From: Nemertoderma westbladi
Taxonomy: Eukaryota > Animalia > Xenacoelomorpha
Direction: 5' to 3'
NCBI GenBank assembly: GCA_032718475.1
Contig: JAUCBJ010002546.1
Location: 1-64,000, forward strand
DNA: 64,000 nucleotides
Part shown: piece after piece, positions 1 through 13,180 of the stretch
How positions within the stretch are numbered: position 1 is the stretch's first letter
Layout of the letters: every line of letters begins with the position of its first letter
The notes under the pieces: generated by a model
The model's database searches: none
The model's input: the letters and a program-made list of their open reading frames with translations, nothing else
Told to the model about the DNA's origin: nothing
Program-made: the position numbers and the translations under genes

Positions 1-39
1 TTACCGATACTGCTACTCAGTGTAGCGTGATATATATAT

Positions 40-300
40 AATATATTAGAATACCGGTATGCTTATAATATATATATAAGTATTATTACAGACTAGATTT
101 GTCACAGAGTACCGGTATATAATTTTAGCACAAATATATATAAATATATAATAGGCCTATCGTGAATACCGGTATACAGCTGACACTTATAGTATGTAAG
201 TATAATTATGAACTAGAATTAATTACAGAGTACCGGTATGATTTCAGCTCAAATTTATAGAGATAAATATAATAAGCCTATAGTGAGTACCGGTATGTCA
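40..300. repeat. Degenerate ~60-bp (dimeric ~121-bp) tandem repeat with GARTACCGGTAT core
   Basis: Core recurs near 48, 106, 164, 227 and 285; 90-175 resembles 210-297. Confidence 0.6.
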
Positions 301-1284
301 ATTATTTTAGAATAATTGAATCTCGGAATATTTTTAGGGCTACTTGGTTACTTTAACTTACTTTGTTACCGTTATTTAAGCAGTAGTCCAACTGATAGTG
401 AGACCTAGTTTTTGTATGGCAGGCCTACTATTTATAAATCGTTTGAGTTGATTTATAATATTTATATACCCGTTTAAAAGGGTTTTGTCAATATTTGAAA
501 TAAATGTTATTATTTCTGGGGGAGTCACTACACAGAATCTGTGCGCTCTCAGTGAAGTGCTATTTATTTGACACTAAAACTGATAATTCTAATTTACCTA
601 AGTTACTTATTACTACAAATTACTTACGATACGGGTGAGATTAATTCTCTAATTAAACACAACAAAAATATTACGTACGAAATTTTTAGGGTAATTTTAC
701 AGGAAGTCTACAAACCAGTCCAACAAAGGGTTAGATTTCTGGTTATTACAAAGGACAGGGTACTACGGTATTTAAATAATAAGTACCGGTAGTAGTAAAT
801 ATATTGTACTGTCCAGATAGGAAAATACCACCGCCTGACGACCTATAACCGTATCGCTATAGGTACTACGTTATGTATCACGGATTGTTCCTACCCAGAA
901 GCTAATAGAGCTAACGAATGTGCCTATCAACCACTTTACAACACAAATATACTGCCTACACTAATTACTTCGGAAAGCACTGTACACTAAACCCTAAATT
1001 AGGTACAAGTACCGGTATAACAAATAATCAGTAGTTAAATATACTTGAACAGTTAAAAGAACCACGGCATCTGCTGGAGTGACCGAAGCACAAAATCTCC
1101 AGTCTTTACCTACGCCGAGCAGCCCTGATGTAGTACCGGGGTTAGTTTAACTATAACGGTATGTATAACAAGCACAATTACTGTAGGAATAAACTTGGGG
1201 ACATGAATGTTGCGAATAATCGCATAAACTCTGAATAATAAATATTACGCTACCCGTACAGAATACTGAAACAAATACAAACCA

Positions 1285-1803
1285 AACGCTGGCAAACTAC
1301 TATCAAGCCTAAACAAACTACAGTATGTGCAGATTCTGAAACTGTTAGTTAGTATGCGTTCTAACACGGTAGTACGACTTACTCTTTAAGAGGGGATTGA
1401 CCTTACAGCTTATGGCTGCCCCAACTTACTAACGGCACTTTATCAGACCAACTCTACACATGCAGCAATCCCTTCAGACCCAAAAATAGCCAGACAACAA
1501 TCCAGCCTACAAATATTTGAGTAATAACTATTACGGTACCTGAACAGACCACACAAACAAACACAGGCTAAAACACTGGCAGACTACGATCAAGTCAAAA
1601 TAAACTACAGTATATGCAGACTCTGAAACTGTTAGTTAGTATGCGTTCTAACACGGTGTAGTACGACTTATTCTTTAAGAGGGGATTGACCTTCAGCATA
1701 TGGCTGCCCCAACTTACTAACGGCACTTTATCAGACCAACTCTACACACACCGCAATCTCTCCAAACTCAACAACAGTCAGACAGCAGCTCAGCCTACAA
1801 TTA
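1285..1803. repeat. Two-copy direct repeat, period ~287 bp
   Basis: AAACTACAGTAT..CTGAAACTGTTAGTTAGTATGCGTTCTAACACGG..GGCTGCCCCAACTTACTAACGGCACTTTATCAGACCAACTCTACACA occurs at ~1315-1460 and ~1602-1748. Confidence 0.85.
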
Positions 1804-2047
1804 TCTGAACAATCTGAGCAGGGTCACACGCCTTCTGCTCAATATTAGCCTACTAGTAAATAAAACTGACAGAAATAAGTAAACTATACAAAAGAATGAG
1901 GGGTGATCAATCCCTATTCCCCTGGCAGCCTACAATATACAATAGATCACAATCGAAATAATACTAAATGTACTTGTACAGCAGTACCGGTACCGGTGAT
2001 GACAGTTAGGCCTACAGACCTACAGAAATACCGGTTACTACGGTATT

Positions 2048-2178
2048 TTGCAACCTTATTGCCTACTGCAATAAGATTATAACTGTTACTGTTCGTCAGA
2101 ACAGTATTAAACTGTATTTAATGCCTACACTTGCAACCTTATTGCCTACTGCAATAAGATTATAACTGTTACTGTTCG
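2048..2178. repeat. Perfect 48-bp direct duplication
   Basis: TTGCAACCTTATTGCCTACTGCAATAAGATTATAACTGTTACTGTTCG at 2048-2095 and 2131-2178. Confidence 0.9.
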
Positions 2179-3519
2179 CGCTTTTGAAGACCTTTAGCAG
2201 TTTAACCTGCCAAAATTTATATGTCTTTTAGTTAATTAACACACCTTTATCATACGACAATATTTTATGCTAATAAACAAAACATTAGCCGAAGCCAGCC
2301 CATGCGCGATCATTCACCCGATGGATCTACACCCGGGAGGCTGAATTCGGATGCTTAGATTTTATTATTGCAGTGTAAGGTTGCAGTGTAAACCTATTGT
2401 ATTATTCGATAGATCGTTAATATGTAATTTCTGACAGATATTATTAACTTTCGGGAAATATTAACAGTTCCTTTAGGACGTGGCGCTCTATCTATTTAAA
2501 CAGAGCTAGGACTTATACTAAACGCAACGATAAGGCTTATGATTAAAGTATAAGTCGCATTCTTTAGGAAATGCTTTGTTACCAGTCACATCACACTCAC
2601 AATCATGCACACTATTCTGCCGACCGTCAGTATATTTGATCACACATAAAGAGAACAGCAATTGACTCAGGTAGTGTCTACTAAATAACATTAGATTCAA
2701 TACACACCACATTGATATAAATCGCAATTGTTATATATAGCCCGTCTCTCTAACCTGTAGTGTATCAAGAAATTGGGAACTTTGGGTGATTTATCAATAT
2801 TCTCCAAATGACAATATTTCATCAACAAATCGATACAATTAATAACTGACGGTAAATAGCAGTACAAACAATATGATTAGTGCAGTTAAATTAAGTGAGG
2901 TAACACCGCCGTCGGTAACAGTTATACTTTCTATAATCTAAGCAGTTTTACTAGAGTTCTTAGAGCCGGTGTTTCTGGCTTAGACAGCAATAACAACAAG
3001 GTATCAAGTAAAAACAGTAAGACTGAACACTCTCCTTATGATCGGCCGAAAAGCTACACGTCGACAGGAAAAATCGCTCTGATTGGCTCAAGCCAAACAA
3101 AGAACCATGCATCCAATGGCTGTTTCCATGTCAGCAACCAGCTGTTAGATGTCGTAATATGAATCATCACGGCTAAGCTGTGAAAGGTAGTTGGTGCATT
3201 GCAGGTTTTTTGCCTTACCATGTCCGCCAAAACACGTATATAGCAGAATGACTTTTATGTCCGTTAAAACACCTGTAACGGTACCTTGCGGGCGAGGGGA
3301 ATATATATACAGTTAGAGAACCTTTTTAGAGTATTCCAGCGCCTGGGGGGAAACTGGATTGCGAAGCAAAAGGGGCCAGTTATATCCCACAGAAGCTTTT
3401 ACACTCTGAGAAATACAGGCCTTCTGGTATTTTTTCGAGGTTTTGTTTAGAGAATAGCTTGAAGCCTGTCGAGTGGCCCATAGATCAAATAATTATTGGG
3501 TGGGCCTGTCTTCTTTCCG

Positions 3520-5820
3520 CCGTCCGAGTCAGTAAAATTGATCTGGTTACTTGCTTATCACCAGATACCTGTTGGTTTGCGCAAGAAGACATACCAAAAA
3601 CTGCCATATTAACCCCATTTGGGTTATTTGAATTCATCCGCACTCCATATGGCCTCCGCAATGCAGGTCAAATATTTCAACGATTTATGCATAGAGTTTG
3701 TGGCAAATTTAGATTTCATATTCATTTATAAGGTTATATACTTTTAGTTAGTTGCAACCATCTAGAACAAAAGCATCTCCTTCGAATTCTATTTCAAAGA
3801 CTAGCAGAGAGTATGGATTGGTAATATAATAAGGATAAATCTGATTTGGGTAAGTCACATTTAACATTCCTAGGCCATAATATTAGTAAAGATGGAATAA
3901 CACCGTTAGCAGAGTGAGTTCAAGCAGTGCAAGACTACCCAACACCGGCGACAACGAAGGAATTACAGAAGTTTTTGGGGATGGTAACTTATTACCACAG
4001 TTCTATCCCCAATGCATCTGAAGGGTTAAATCCATTGTATATAGCTTTAAAGCATAATTCAAAAAATTTCACCTGGTACCCATCATATAACGAAACATTT
4101 ATGAATGTGAAACAGCTTTAGCAAAGGCAGCCAACCATGCTCTACCACCAACAAGCTAATGCTGATACTGCAATTATGACCAATGCCTCTGACATAGGTG
4201 TTGGAGCTGTACTGGAACAATAAATAGATAAAGAAGGGCACCCAGTCGCATTATTTTCAAAGAAATTCCATCCTGCCGAAACACGTTACAGCGCGTATGA
4301 CAAGGAATTACTTGCAATAATGGTCAGCATTAAACATTTAGGTACTTTGTCGAAGGCCAAAGGTTTAGCATTTATACGGACAAAACCCCTAACATTTACA
4401 TTAAAATCAGGCCATGAACCATTACTGCCTCGACAATCAATTATTGTCCTTGATATCAGAATTTACTTACAAGATATTCCACATCTTAGGGAAAGACAAT
4501 TCAGTCGCAGACTCATTATCCCGAGCTCCACTATCAACCAATACAATACAGTCATCAACTATCGATTAAACTCTATTGTCTGAGGCTCAAGAAATTGATA
4601 CCAACTGCTACAACAAATTTAGTTCTATAAAAAGTAAAGTAAAGTAAATTTTCTTCGGCCGCTAGGCCAGGGATTACACACAAAGTCTTTACTCCACAGA
4701 GGAAACTCCAGTACTCATTTAGCTACCACTTAAGGATGCAAGGCAGAGATGCGCCCTGCCCTGGCTGGTCCCTTTAAAGCATTCGTGCCGAAACAAAAAC
4801 TGCCCTGGCCCATGTGAGGATCGAACCCACGACCTACGGGAGATGTGAATTCAATGCGACCACTACACCAAGGTGGAACCTATATTCTATCTATCTATGG
4901 GATGCCCCTATAGTAAATTCCATACATACAGTGACATGTCGACTTGAGTTGCTAGAACATTGGTACCTCAAAGTTGACAATAATCAATTTTTGAAACACT
5001 CTACAGCCTTAGTCATCCTGGTGTTAAGTCAACAAGCAAATTAATAACATCGCGTTTTGAATGGTATAAAATCAACCGTGATTTTACTGCATGGATGCAA
5101 ACTTGCCTACAATGTCAAAAAACAAAGATCCCTCGATATACAAACTCAGTAATTTATCGCTTCGACACTCCAGATCAACGATTTTCTAATATTCACATCG
5201 ACATAGTGGGTCCGTTGCTATATTCACAAGGATGCACATATTTATTTACCTGTATAGACAAATACATCAGATGGGCAAAAAAGCTGTTCCAATGGAAAAC
5301 TCTTCAGATAAAGCTTGCGCCAGGGCTGTGCTGTCCCAGTGGATCTCTCGATTCTGAGAACCAAATACAATACAATCAGACCGAGAGGGGTCAGTTCGAA
5401 TCAGATCTTTGGTTTAATCTCAAATAAACTCCTAGGAACAACAATAAAAAGAACCACGGCCTACCTCCAACAGTCAAATGATATCGTAGAACGATATCAT
5501 TGACAACTCAAAACTTCATTAAAAGCTCGCTTGCACAACAACAATTGGTATGACGAGTTACCAATCATAATTTTGGGGTTACGCGATAATCGTAACGAGG
5601 ACCTTGGTTGTATGGCTACCAATAGAATATTTCACCGCTTCACAAACTCCTAAAGGCGCAGAAATCTATAAATTATTGCGTACTCTGCAACACTGCATGT
5701 ATAATATGCAACCCACGTCCACCTTTTACCATACAAACTGTTATAATTCAAAGTTATTCATACCAATTGAATTGCGGACATCTAACATCGTTTTCATCCA
5801 TAGGAATGCGCTTATGTAGG
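3520..5820 (+). pseudogene. pol: Degenerate Ty3/Gypsy pol (RT-RNase H-integrase), CsRN1/Kabuki-like
   Basis: Fragmented frames: SKIDLV..AYHQIP, DIPKTAILTPFGLFEF..PYGLRNAGQIFQRFM, KELQKFLGMVTYY, NASDIGVGAVLEQ, YSAYDKELLA, CLQCQK, IHIDIVGPL, RGQFES, TTAY..QSNDIVERYH, WYDELP. Many stops and frameshifts; no LTRs found. Confidence 0.92.
4631..4879 (-). mobile_element. tRNA-derived SINE inserted in the Gypsy pol
   Basis: Minus strand has A-box TGGTGTAGTGG (4860-4870), B-box GGTTCGATCC (4818-4827) and a (TTTAC)n tail at 4631-4648; possible CTATA duplication at 4625-4629/4880-4884. Confidence 0.8.
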
Positions 5821-5889
5821 ATCATCCATTCAATTAACAAAACAAATTGATACAGTAGACTAATATTACATGATGTACTTATATTACAT

Positions 5890-6620
5890 GAATCACATTC
5901 AAACTACCTTGTCTTTCATTCGCTTTCTGAATTTCTTTGAATATCTTACCATCTATCATATTGACATCAGATTTGCCAGCATTCCTATTGAGTAAACATC
6001 GATCTCAATGATATTTTCTCTAATATTTTTTGAAATCTTGAATATATATACGTCATCATCACTGTCTGGATCTATTTATAGTTGTTGAATTTTAGGTTGC
6101 CTTTCACCATCCACATCATCATCAGATGATACAATCTCAATAATTGCCCTCATTCCAGACCTAGAAGTTGTTGTTCGACACATATTTGCAAAGTGGTTGA
6201 CTTGATGGCAATAATTACATTTTCTTATAGTGCAGGAAATACTTTATCTCCATGGAAATGACTTGAATCTCCACAACCATAGCATTGTTTATTTATCTTA
6301 TTGTATTCTTGCGTTTTATAATATTTATCTTTAGTTGACTTATAGATATTTTACTTGCTGGAATTTGTATTTGGAAATTTTGTTAACTTCAGTTGGTCTG
6401 CCAGAGACTTCAATTTCTGTAACGTGAGCATTTGCTGCTTCCACAGCATAAGCAATTTTTAAGATAAACTCTAAGGTAAGTTTTTGCGTAAGTCTTTCTC
6501 AACTTTTGTCAATTAATCTGATCTATAATATCCCTATCTAGCGAATATTCTTCAAATTTGAAATGCAAAGCGGCTGTTCGAAGTCGAGTTACAAAATTCA
6601 GCAATGTATCATCTTCTTCT
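5890..6620 (-). pseudogene. gag: Gypsy-type gag-protease remnant
   Basis: Reverse strand reads EEDDTLLNFVTRLRTAA, LTLEFILKIAYAVEAA, CYGCGDSSH, zinc knuckle CNYCHQVNHFANMC and protease-like NAGKSDVNMID, with stops and frameshifts. Confidence 0.75.
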
Positions 6621-6621
6621 T

Positions 6622-6750
6622 ACGGTAGGAGAGGGTGCATGAAGTTCAGGGGGTCACTTAATTCGTAAACGGTAGGAGGTGGTGCATGAAGTACAGGGAG
6701 TGAAATTGTTTGCGTAACGGTAGGAGGTGGTGCATGCAGTTCAGGGGGTG
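6622..6750. repeat. Three-copy ~47-bp minisatellite
   Basis: ACGGTAGGAG(A/G)(G/T)GGTGCATG(A/C)AGT(T/A)CAGGG at ~6622, 6669 and 6717. Confidence 0.75.
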
Positions 6751-6956
6751 AGATTGTAAGTAAAAAAGCAGGAAATTGAATATGCAGTATGTGGTGGAAG
6801 CTTGCAATAGAGGCCAAACTATCTCCACTTCAAAATTAGAATATATATATTGTCAGTTCTGCCTTCAGTGCTGCTCCAACCTCTAATATGCCCTCTCGAG
6901 AGCCCCCTGTCCGTCACTATTGAAATACCCACTCTCTGGGGGATGTTTTCAAAAAT

Positions 6957-7883
6957 TTGCTCGAACAATATATTTCGGGATATGGTGACAATGAATCTCA
7001 TTATTTAGTTGTAACTGATTATGAAATAAAGAAGTATAAAAAACTATTTAGACGCTTAGAGCAGTTATTAAAACTAGAACCAAAATATCCAATAGATAAT
7101 ATCAAAGTTGAATTGAAAGATGTAGAAGATGGTGTTGAAGGCATATGCAAATATATTTATATATTTATGGACACAATGGACCAAAATTTAAATGATATCA
7201 AGAAAGAAATCACAAATAAAATGCTTTACAATAAGTTTCAAAAAGTTTTTGACTTCAACATTGACCTTAAACAAAAGATAGCAGAATTTGAAAATTTGAA
7301 CATATGTAAGGCAAGAGATGAAGTTAGATTGATGGTTGCTGAAGGATTTCTTAAAAAGGAGATTCAGAGAATAGAGAAAATAGCAAAGGGGGAACACTCA
7401 ATATTTCCCCAAATTAAAAATGAAGAAGAAGAAAGGCCAGTAATAGCGAGGGTGTTATTCAATTCGGACGTTGATTCTAAAAAGAAAGTTATCTTACTGA
7501 GTGATGACATTCCGTTTCCTGGCCAAGGGAAGAAGTATCTCATTGCGAAGGTGCGATTAGTCTGGGATGGTATGAGGTTGGTGGAAGACACAGATGCAAG
7601 TAGATTGGTGGAACGCCACGAAGGGATATTATACACAATCGGCGGTAGAAATTATTGTCTTGTTGATCGCAAAGATGATGATTACGTTTACCTACCAAAA
7701 CACATCGATGGTCGCACGGATGTTATGGCGCCTTCAGCTTCAATATTCGATTACATATTGCTGCGACAAAGTAAACCACCAGGGGAGACAATTGTTACAA
7801 AATTAATAACAGAGGAAGAGTTAGAGAAGTTTGAAGAACCGGCTTTTCGAGTAAGAGATGAAAAACTGTGCCATATAATATAA
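6957..7883 (+). CDS. Unknown protein, copy 1 (helical/coiled-coil N-half, beta-rich C-half, C-terminal CaaX 'CHII'); true start uncertain
   Basis: 308-codon uninterrupted frame in AT-rich DNA; paralogue at 34734-35693 differs by frame-preserving indels. In-frame ATG at 6888 is separated from it by TGA at 6921. Confidence 0.7.
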   Translation: MLEQYISGYGDNESHYLVVTDYEIKKYKKLFRRLEQLLKLEPKYPIDNIKVELKDVEDGVEGICKYIYIFMDTMDQNLNDIKKEITNKMLYNKFQKVFDFNIDLKQKIAEFENLNICKARDEVRLMVAEGFLKKEIQRIEKIAKGEHSIFPQIKNEEEERPVIARVLFNSDVDSKKKVILLSDDIPFPGQGKKYLIAKVRLVWDGMRLVEDTDASRLVERHEGILYTIGGRNYCLVDRKDDDYVYLPKHIDGRTDVMAPSASIFDYILLRQSKPPGETIVTKLITEEELEKFEEPAFRVRDEKLCHII

Positions 7884-8759
7884 GAATTATCAGATAACTG
7901 CCCAGGCATTACATATAGTGAATAATGAAAAGCTGTGCAATGTGTTGTATAAATCAAAATACATTATATATCTTATTTAGTAAAATAAGGACTATTCTAG
8001 ACTGCTGAGTAGTCTTTGATCCACCACACCATCCAAGACAACCATTTATCATCGGATGGTTGTATTGCTATCCCCTAACTGGTTGTATATACGGACGGTG
8101 TTTAGCAGAAGGGTATTAACCCACATTACCACCATTTTGAGAAAAATGACCTAAAGTTTCAGTGCTCTAAGAAAATACCAGAATGTTTTATAACAATTTA
8201 TGGTGTTTTATTTGATAACTGACCCTTAAATCTACTTAATGCAGAAAAAATTTAAAAAAAAAGTTGTTTGTTGTAAAATTATACAACATTTTGTGGGTTA
8301 GTACAGTTCTGCAAAAAAAGAGTTTTGACATTATTTATTTTTGCAGAAATGTAATTATCAACGGGTTGTATACTGTGTATAGGCCTAACTTAATATATTT
8401 TTAAAAGCCAATAACACGCTATTGTACAAAGGTAGTCTCTAATGATACATGTTAAATTGAATGATAAATGAGAATACCAATACCCGATAAACTTAGAAAA
8501 ATAAACTGTCATGGTGGCCGGATCTCTATCACAATAAGCATTAACCCGATGATGCTGCGATCAAACTGTTTCAAACAACTAATCTAGCTCTTGCATTTTC
8601 TATCTCTAAAATTTAATGATTAGAAAGTAATAAAAGTCAACGAAAAATTATTCTACTTTCCTGCGCCGTTAATTGAGAAAAATACACCCTCACACTGGCG
8701 CAAGAAGTCGAGGAAATACAGCCAAGCTAACTTATCTAGTCTTTTCTGATGACGTAGCC

Positions 8760-8890
8760 GTTAGGGATCGTACGGTACTACCGCTACCTCTACCGCAAAT
8801 ACGGCGCTTTTTACTACCGCTACCTCTACCGACCGCTACCGCTACCGCAAATGCCAACTACTGCGGTATTTGCCGTAGTTGGTTTTTAGT
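8760..8890. repeat. TAGGGAT-initiated element end with CTACCG sub-repeats (probable DNA-transposon terminus)
   Basis: TAGGGATCGTACGGTA followed by repeated CTACCG/CTACCTCTACCG; partner terminus not found. Confidence 0.35.
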
Positions 8891-9629
8891 TTTTTCTATT
8901 TACCGTAGGCAAATTTCCAGTTGGGGTGCTGTTTCTGCCTGCCCATTGAATTTATGTTAATTTGATAATTGCAAAAACAAGTACCTAAGAAATAAAACTT
9001 TTACTGTAAACTGGGTTCCTAAATTAAGTTGAAGTTCATATCAATCATATGTCATAACAGGTTGAAACAGCAGCAATAGATAGTCAAATTATTTGAAATC
9101 GTCAAATAATTTTCTAAAATAATAATCCTGATTTCGTATAACTATGCAGCTATGAAATTAATAAGATATAAATTTTTTATGATACAAAAAAATTACAAAA
9201 CTTTTTCGCATCATATCGCATTTTCTTAAAATCACATTAATATCACATGTTTCCTTTTTTATACCTTCAAAAATCAGCACATATGCAAAATAACGTTCAT
9301 CCATCATTACAGCAGTTACACATTATACATGAAAAATTGATTCGCATTGTAGCGTATTTTCTGTCAACAAAAACAAAAAGAAATTAATTTAAAATTAATT
9401 TTTTTTCATATCTACGTAAAAAGCTGCATTTGAAAAAATTGATTGCATTTATATTTATCCAGAGAGTCCAACATAGAGTTAGGTAGGGGTTGGTTAGCTA
9501 GCTTGTTTTTCGGCTGTAGTTCCAGAATGCAAATTAGCTAAACCGATCATCAAATGCATTCTGACGTCTATCCAAAAATACTAGTCCCATTAATTTACCG
9601 AAGGTATTGCGCTTAACGCCGCCAGAGCT

Positions 9630-9930
9630 CGTACTACAAAGGTTGGTGTTCTTGAGTATGTGAATGACTTCTGCTACTTTGGATTATTGATTCTGAAGTC
9701 AGATCATGACCCTCAAATACGTAAGGGAAGCAAGCACATGGGCAGCATTGAATGGGCTGCTCAGGATTTTTAAGTCACATAGAATGCATTAGAATCTTCA
9801 GGTTGAATAATTTAGAGTTAGAGCAGTAGTAGAACCAGTACAAGCTTAATTGGAGCTCAAGCTGGCCTCTTACTGTTGAAGTGCCGAGGAGACCAAATCT
9901 CTTGAGACACATACCAGAATGATACCCACG
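9630..9930 (+). mobile_element. RTE-type LINE fragment (C-terminal of RT)
   Basis: VLEYVNDFCYFGLLILKSDHDPQIRKG..AALNGLLRIFKSHRMH parallels the minus-strand 12481-12819 peptide. Confidence 0.65.
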
Positions 9931-10931
9931 CAGAGAGGGTTAATTGTGTCAAGTCAAGTACAATGCACACATCTCCAACCAGACAATATAGAATATTTGA
10001 ACTATTCAGATACTAATATTTCAACTACTACTGCTACTAGTCCCCTCACTACGACAGTCCCCTCAAGGTTGCCCTCCAAGGAAGCAGTATCTGCAATATT
10101 ACAGATACTGCTTGCTAACTGTAATGTACATTATTTATAACAATCGGTTAGCAGTAAAGGCCTTTTAAAAATTAATTTGATATTCAATTAAATGCAATTG
10201 CATGGTGGCACTGAAAGGCCTTGATCGCTTCGGAACTACAGTACTGAATAAATGATCTGATGATGAGCCTAAATACTGAAATCCTGTATCTGCATTCTAT
10301 AGTAATTCTATGGAGAGCAATATTCTACGCCACTAAACTACGTTCTATTTTTGTTGATCGCTAATTCTGTCTATAAGGAAAAGGTTTAAAATCAGTGGTT
10401 GTGTCATCTTGCATTTTTATTGGGAATGTAATGATCGTAGGACAAAATAATATCTCAATATTATACTGTCGGACTATAGATCGGATACGGAATCTGAATA
10501 TTTTCTAAAGTAAAGAGCTTACTAAGGCTGCAATGTCTGAATGTAATGAAAGGGCTGAATTCTGAATGAAAGAGTAGGAAAGCAGAAAAGGCAGAAAAAG
10601 TAATAACCAAATTTGTGGGGGAAATGTTACAGTTAATTAAATAGAATACAGAATGATTCGGATAGTCTGATATTTGCCTTTTACATACTGTCTGAATCTG
10701 AATCCTGATTGGTTACTCTATTCTGAGAAATTATTTTGAATTGGCATTTCGCCGATGACAGGCCAATATTTTGCTTAAATAGAATATTTAGACCAAAAAA
10801 GTTCTTAAAGTTAAATAAATAAAAGGTGTTACCGCAGACCTAATTTGCTGTGCACGCCAAGCAGCAAAATACATTTATTTATAGAAATATTTTTTTATCC
10901 TAACTGAAATAATGAATGATCCGATTTAAAC

Positions 10932-11175
10932 GGGTGAGTACAAAACAAAGACCAAAGACTCAAGACCCGCAAAGACCTGCATAATCTTGTAACATGTGTT
11001 AACTTCCGTTTATTGTTTTGGTATACGCCTCTGTTACCTGCTCCATTACTAGACAGCTCCTTTAAATGGCAATGGGACCTAAAGCTCTTTGGGACCTAAC
11101 GCGACTTTACCTCTTTGTTTTGTACAGAACGCAGTAAAAGTCTTGGGTCTTTGGTCCTTGTTTTATAAACACCCC
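10932..11175. mobile_element. MITE, family A copy 1
   Basis: TIR GGGTGAGTACAAAACAAAGACCAAAGAC / GTCTTTGGTCCTTGTTTTATAAACACCC; flanks GATTTAAAC/GATTTGAAC (9-bp TSD with 1 mismatch, Mutator-like); second copy at 18834-19056. Confidence 0.75.
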
Positions 11176-11278
11176 GATTTGAACAGCCTTTCAGCGACAC
11201 AGTTGTTCTTTCAAGGTATATTATAGACATACTACTTAAACTAGTCCTATTGTAGTTATGTATGCCAAGGATTTAGAT

Positions 11279-11794
11279 TCAATGGTTACATCGCATCAAA
11301 GAGTACAACAGGTCATAGAGTATAAAAAGGGAAAAAAGGGTACAACAGGTCAAAGTGAACAACAGCGATGTCAAAATGTACAAAAACCACGTCAAAGGGT
11401 ACAACAAGTCGAAGGGTACAACAAGTCGAAGGGTACAACATACACGTCAAAGTAGGCCTACAGTTTATTCAGTATCCAAGTGCTACAGTAGGCGCAGAAT
11501 TTGGGATTATCCTGTTTGGGGGCCTCCAAAACCAGGCAGATTAGTAAAGGAGCAGGTTACAGAGGCGGGTTGAAAGGAACCAAAACAATAAAGGTGAATT
11601 AGGAATATTGTAGAATAGAAAACTAAATTTAAAACCTAATTTTATTGAGAATCAACAGTCGGATGTACCTACCGAAACTCTGATAAGGCATTTTGTACCC
11701 TTTGTCTCGTTGTACCCTTTCATGTTGTACCCTTTGTTGTACCCTTTGTTGTACCTTTTGACTTATTATACACATTGGCCGTTGTACCCATTGA
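11279..11794. mobile_element. Foldback/MITE with subterminal AAGGGTACAAC repeats
   Basis: AAGGGTACAAC repeats at 11300-11440 are mirrored by GTTGTACCCTT repeats at 11690-11790; imperfect termini TCAATGGTTACA / TGTACCCATTGA. Confidence 0.7.
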
Positions 11795-12225
11795 CCGGAA
11801 ACAAATATACCAGGGTATGTTTTTTGTTTAATAGATTTTATTGTATCGATCCGTTAGTGTTCGTAAAATTAATAGCAGGTAGAAAGATAGGTAAATAACT
11901 GCGGTGCAGGTTGTCTGCAGTGTGAATTATTTTACCATTAATTATAATTATCATCTTCTTTATTGTGTTGTTGTGTTTATTGTTGTTATGGATTATTATG
12001 TCAAAGAATAGAACATAACGAGAGTCCTCACGATATTCAAAGATTGTTTCCCAATTCAATAACTACTACTACTACAGCGATCGACATGCTGCGCAAGGCA
12101 GCTGCATTATATACATATACTTATTTTCTCAATTGGTAATTAGTTTACTTAATTACGATGTAATCCCTGGCATTAGCCTATCGTTTTATATCACAACTTA
12201 ATATATATATTATATATTAATATTA

Positions 12226-13180
12226 TTGCGTCGCGACAACTCCCTATCACCCATGACATTTGCTATATCATCCGCATCTTCTCTTCAAGGCCAGTGTCCT
12301 TTAGATGCTTTGCAAGAAAGTCATGGGCTGTCCACCATGCTTATTCACTCCATGAGGCTGCCAAAGCACAAGATTATGCACTGGCTGGGTGGCGCTGGCT
12401 GGCGAAAGCAACGTCCTCTAAGGCGGAAGCGGCTTTGTTCTAGTGTCAAGCTTGGGGGAACCAATGAAACACCTCCAATGTCATATAGTGTCTGGTTGGA
12501 GACGTGCATTGTACTTGACACAGTGAACCCGGCGTAGCATTCTTGTGAATGTGCCATCCAGAGATTTGGTGTCCTCAGCAGTTAGTGCCCAGCATGGACT
12601 CCCATAGAGGAGTACTGGAACTACTGCTGCTCTAAATAATCGGACCTTAATTTTCCGATGAATTCTGTGTGATTTCCAAATCCCGAAAATCCCTTTCAAG
12701 GCTGCCCATTCCTTTCCCTCACGTATTCGAAGGTCCTCACCTGACTTCCGGATCCATGATCCCATGCAACAGAAGTCGTCCTCAAGCTCAAGCATACCAT
12801 CTTTTGAGCTTATGCTCATCCGGTAAGAGACTTGCTGATGACTTACACAAAGTTAACTGTCAAAATTTTGGTCTTTCTGGAGTTAATAAAAAGACCAACA
12901 CTCGAAGCAGCATGTTCTAATGAGCTGAGGAGCCGTTGGGCTCCCTCTAGTGATTCTGAGAGTACTCCTAATTCATCAGCAAAGTCTAGATCGGTTTACT
13001 TGGCAGGATTTCCTCGACTTCTGGAGCCAGTAGGTGGAGTTATCATCACCCCATCATCCTTATGATGATCTGAGGACATGCGTAGAACATAGTCAACAAC
13101 AATTACGAACAAGAATGGCGCAAGTGCGTCTCCCTCCATAACACTTCGAATGGTTCTGTTTCACCGTCACCGGTTAGCGG
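12226..13180 (-). mobile_element. 5'-truncated RTE-type non-LTR retrotransposon, degenerate RT and 3' region
   Basis: Reverse strand: GDALAPFLFVIVVDYVLR, DLDFADELGVLSES, VGLFINSRKTK, DDFCCMGSWI, KIKVRLFRAAVVPVLLYGSPCWALT..LDGTFTRMLR. Confidence 0.88.

Noticed and set aside
4805-4879. Functional tRNA gene
   Set aside because: Has a SINE body and simple-repeat tail, interrupts pol, and the cloverleaf is imperfect.
7884-8000. SECIS element for the in-frame TGA
   Set aside because: ATGA is present but no convincing stem or GA partner, and the region is not shared with copy 2.
8116-8300. piggyBac-like mini element (TTAACCCACA ... TGTGGGTTAG)
   Set aside because: Only ~9 bp of inverted match and no second TTAA.
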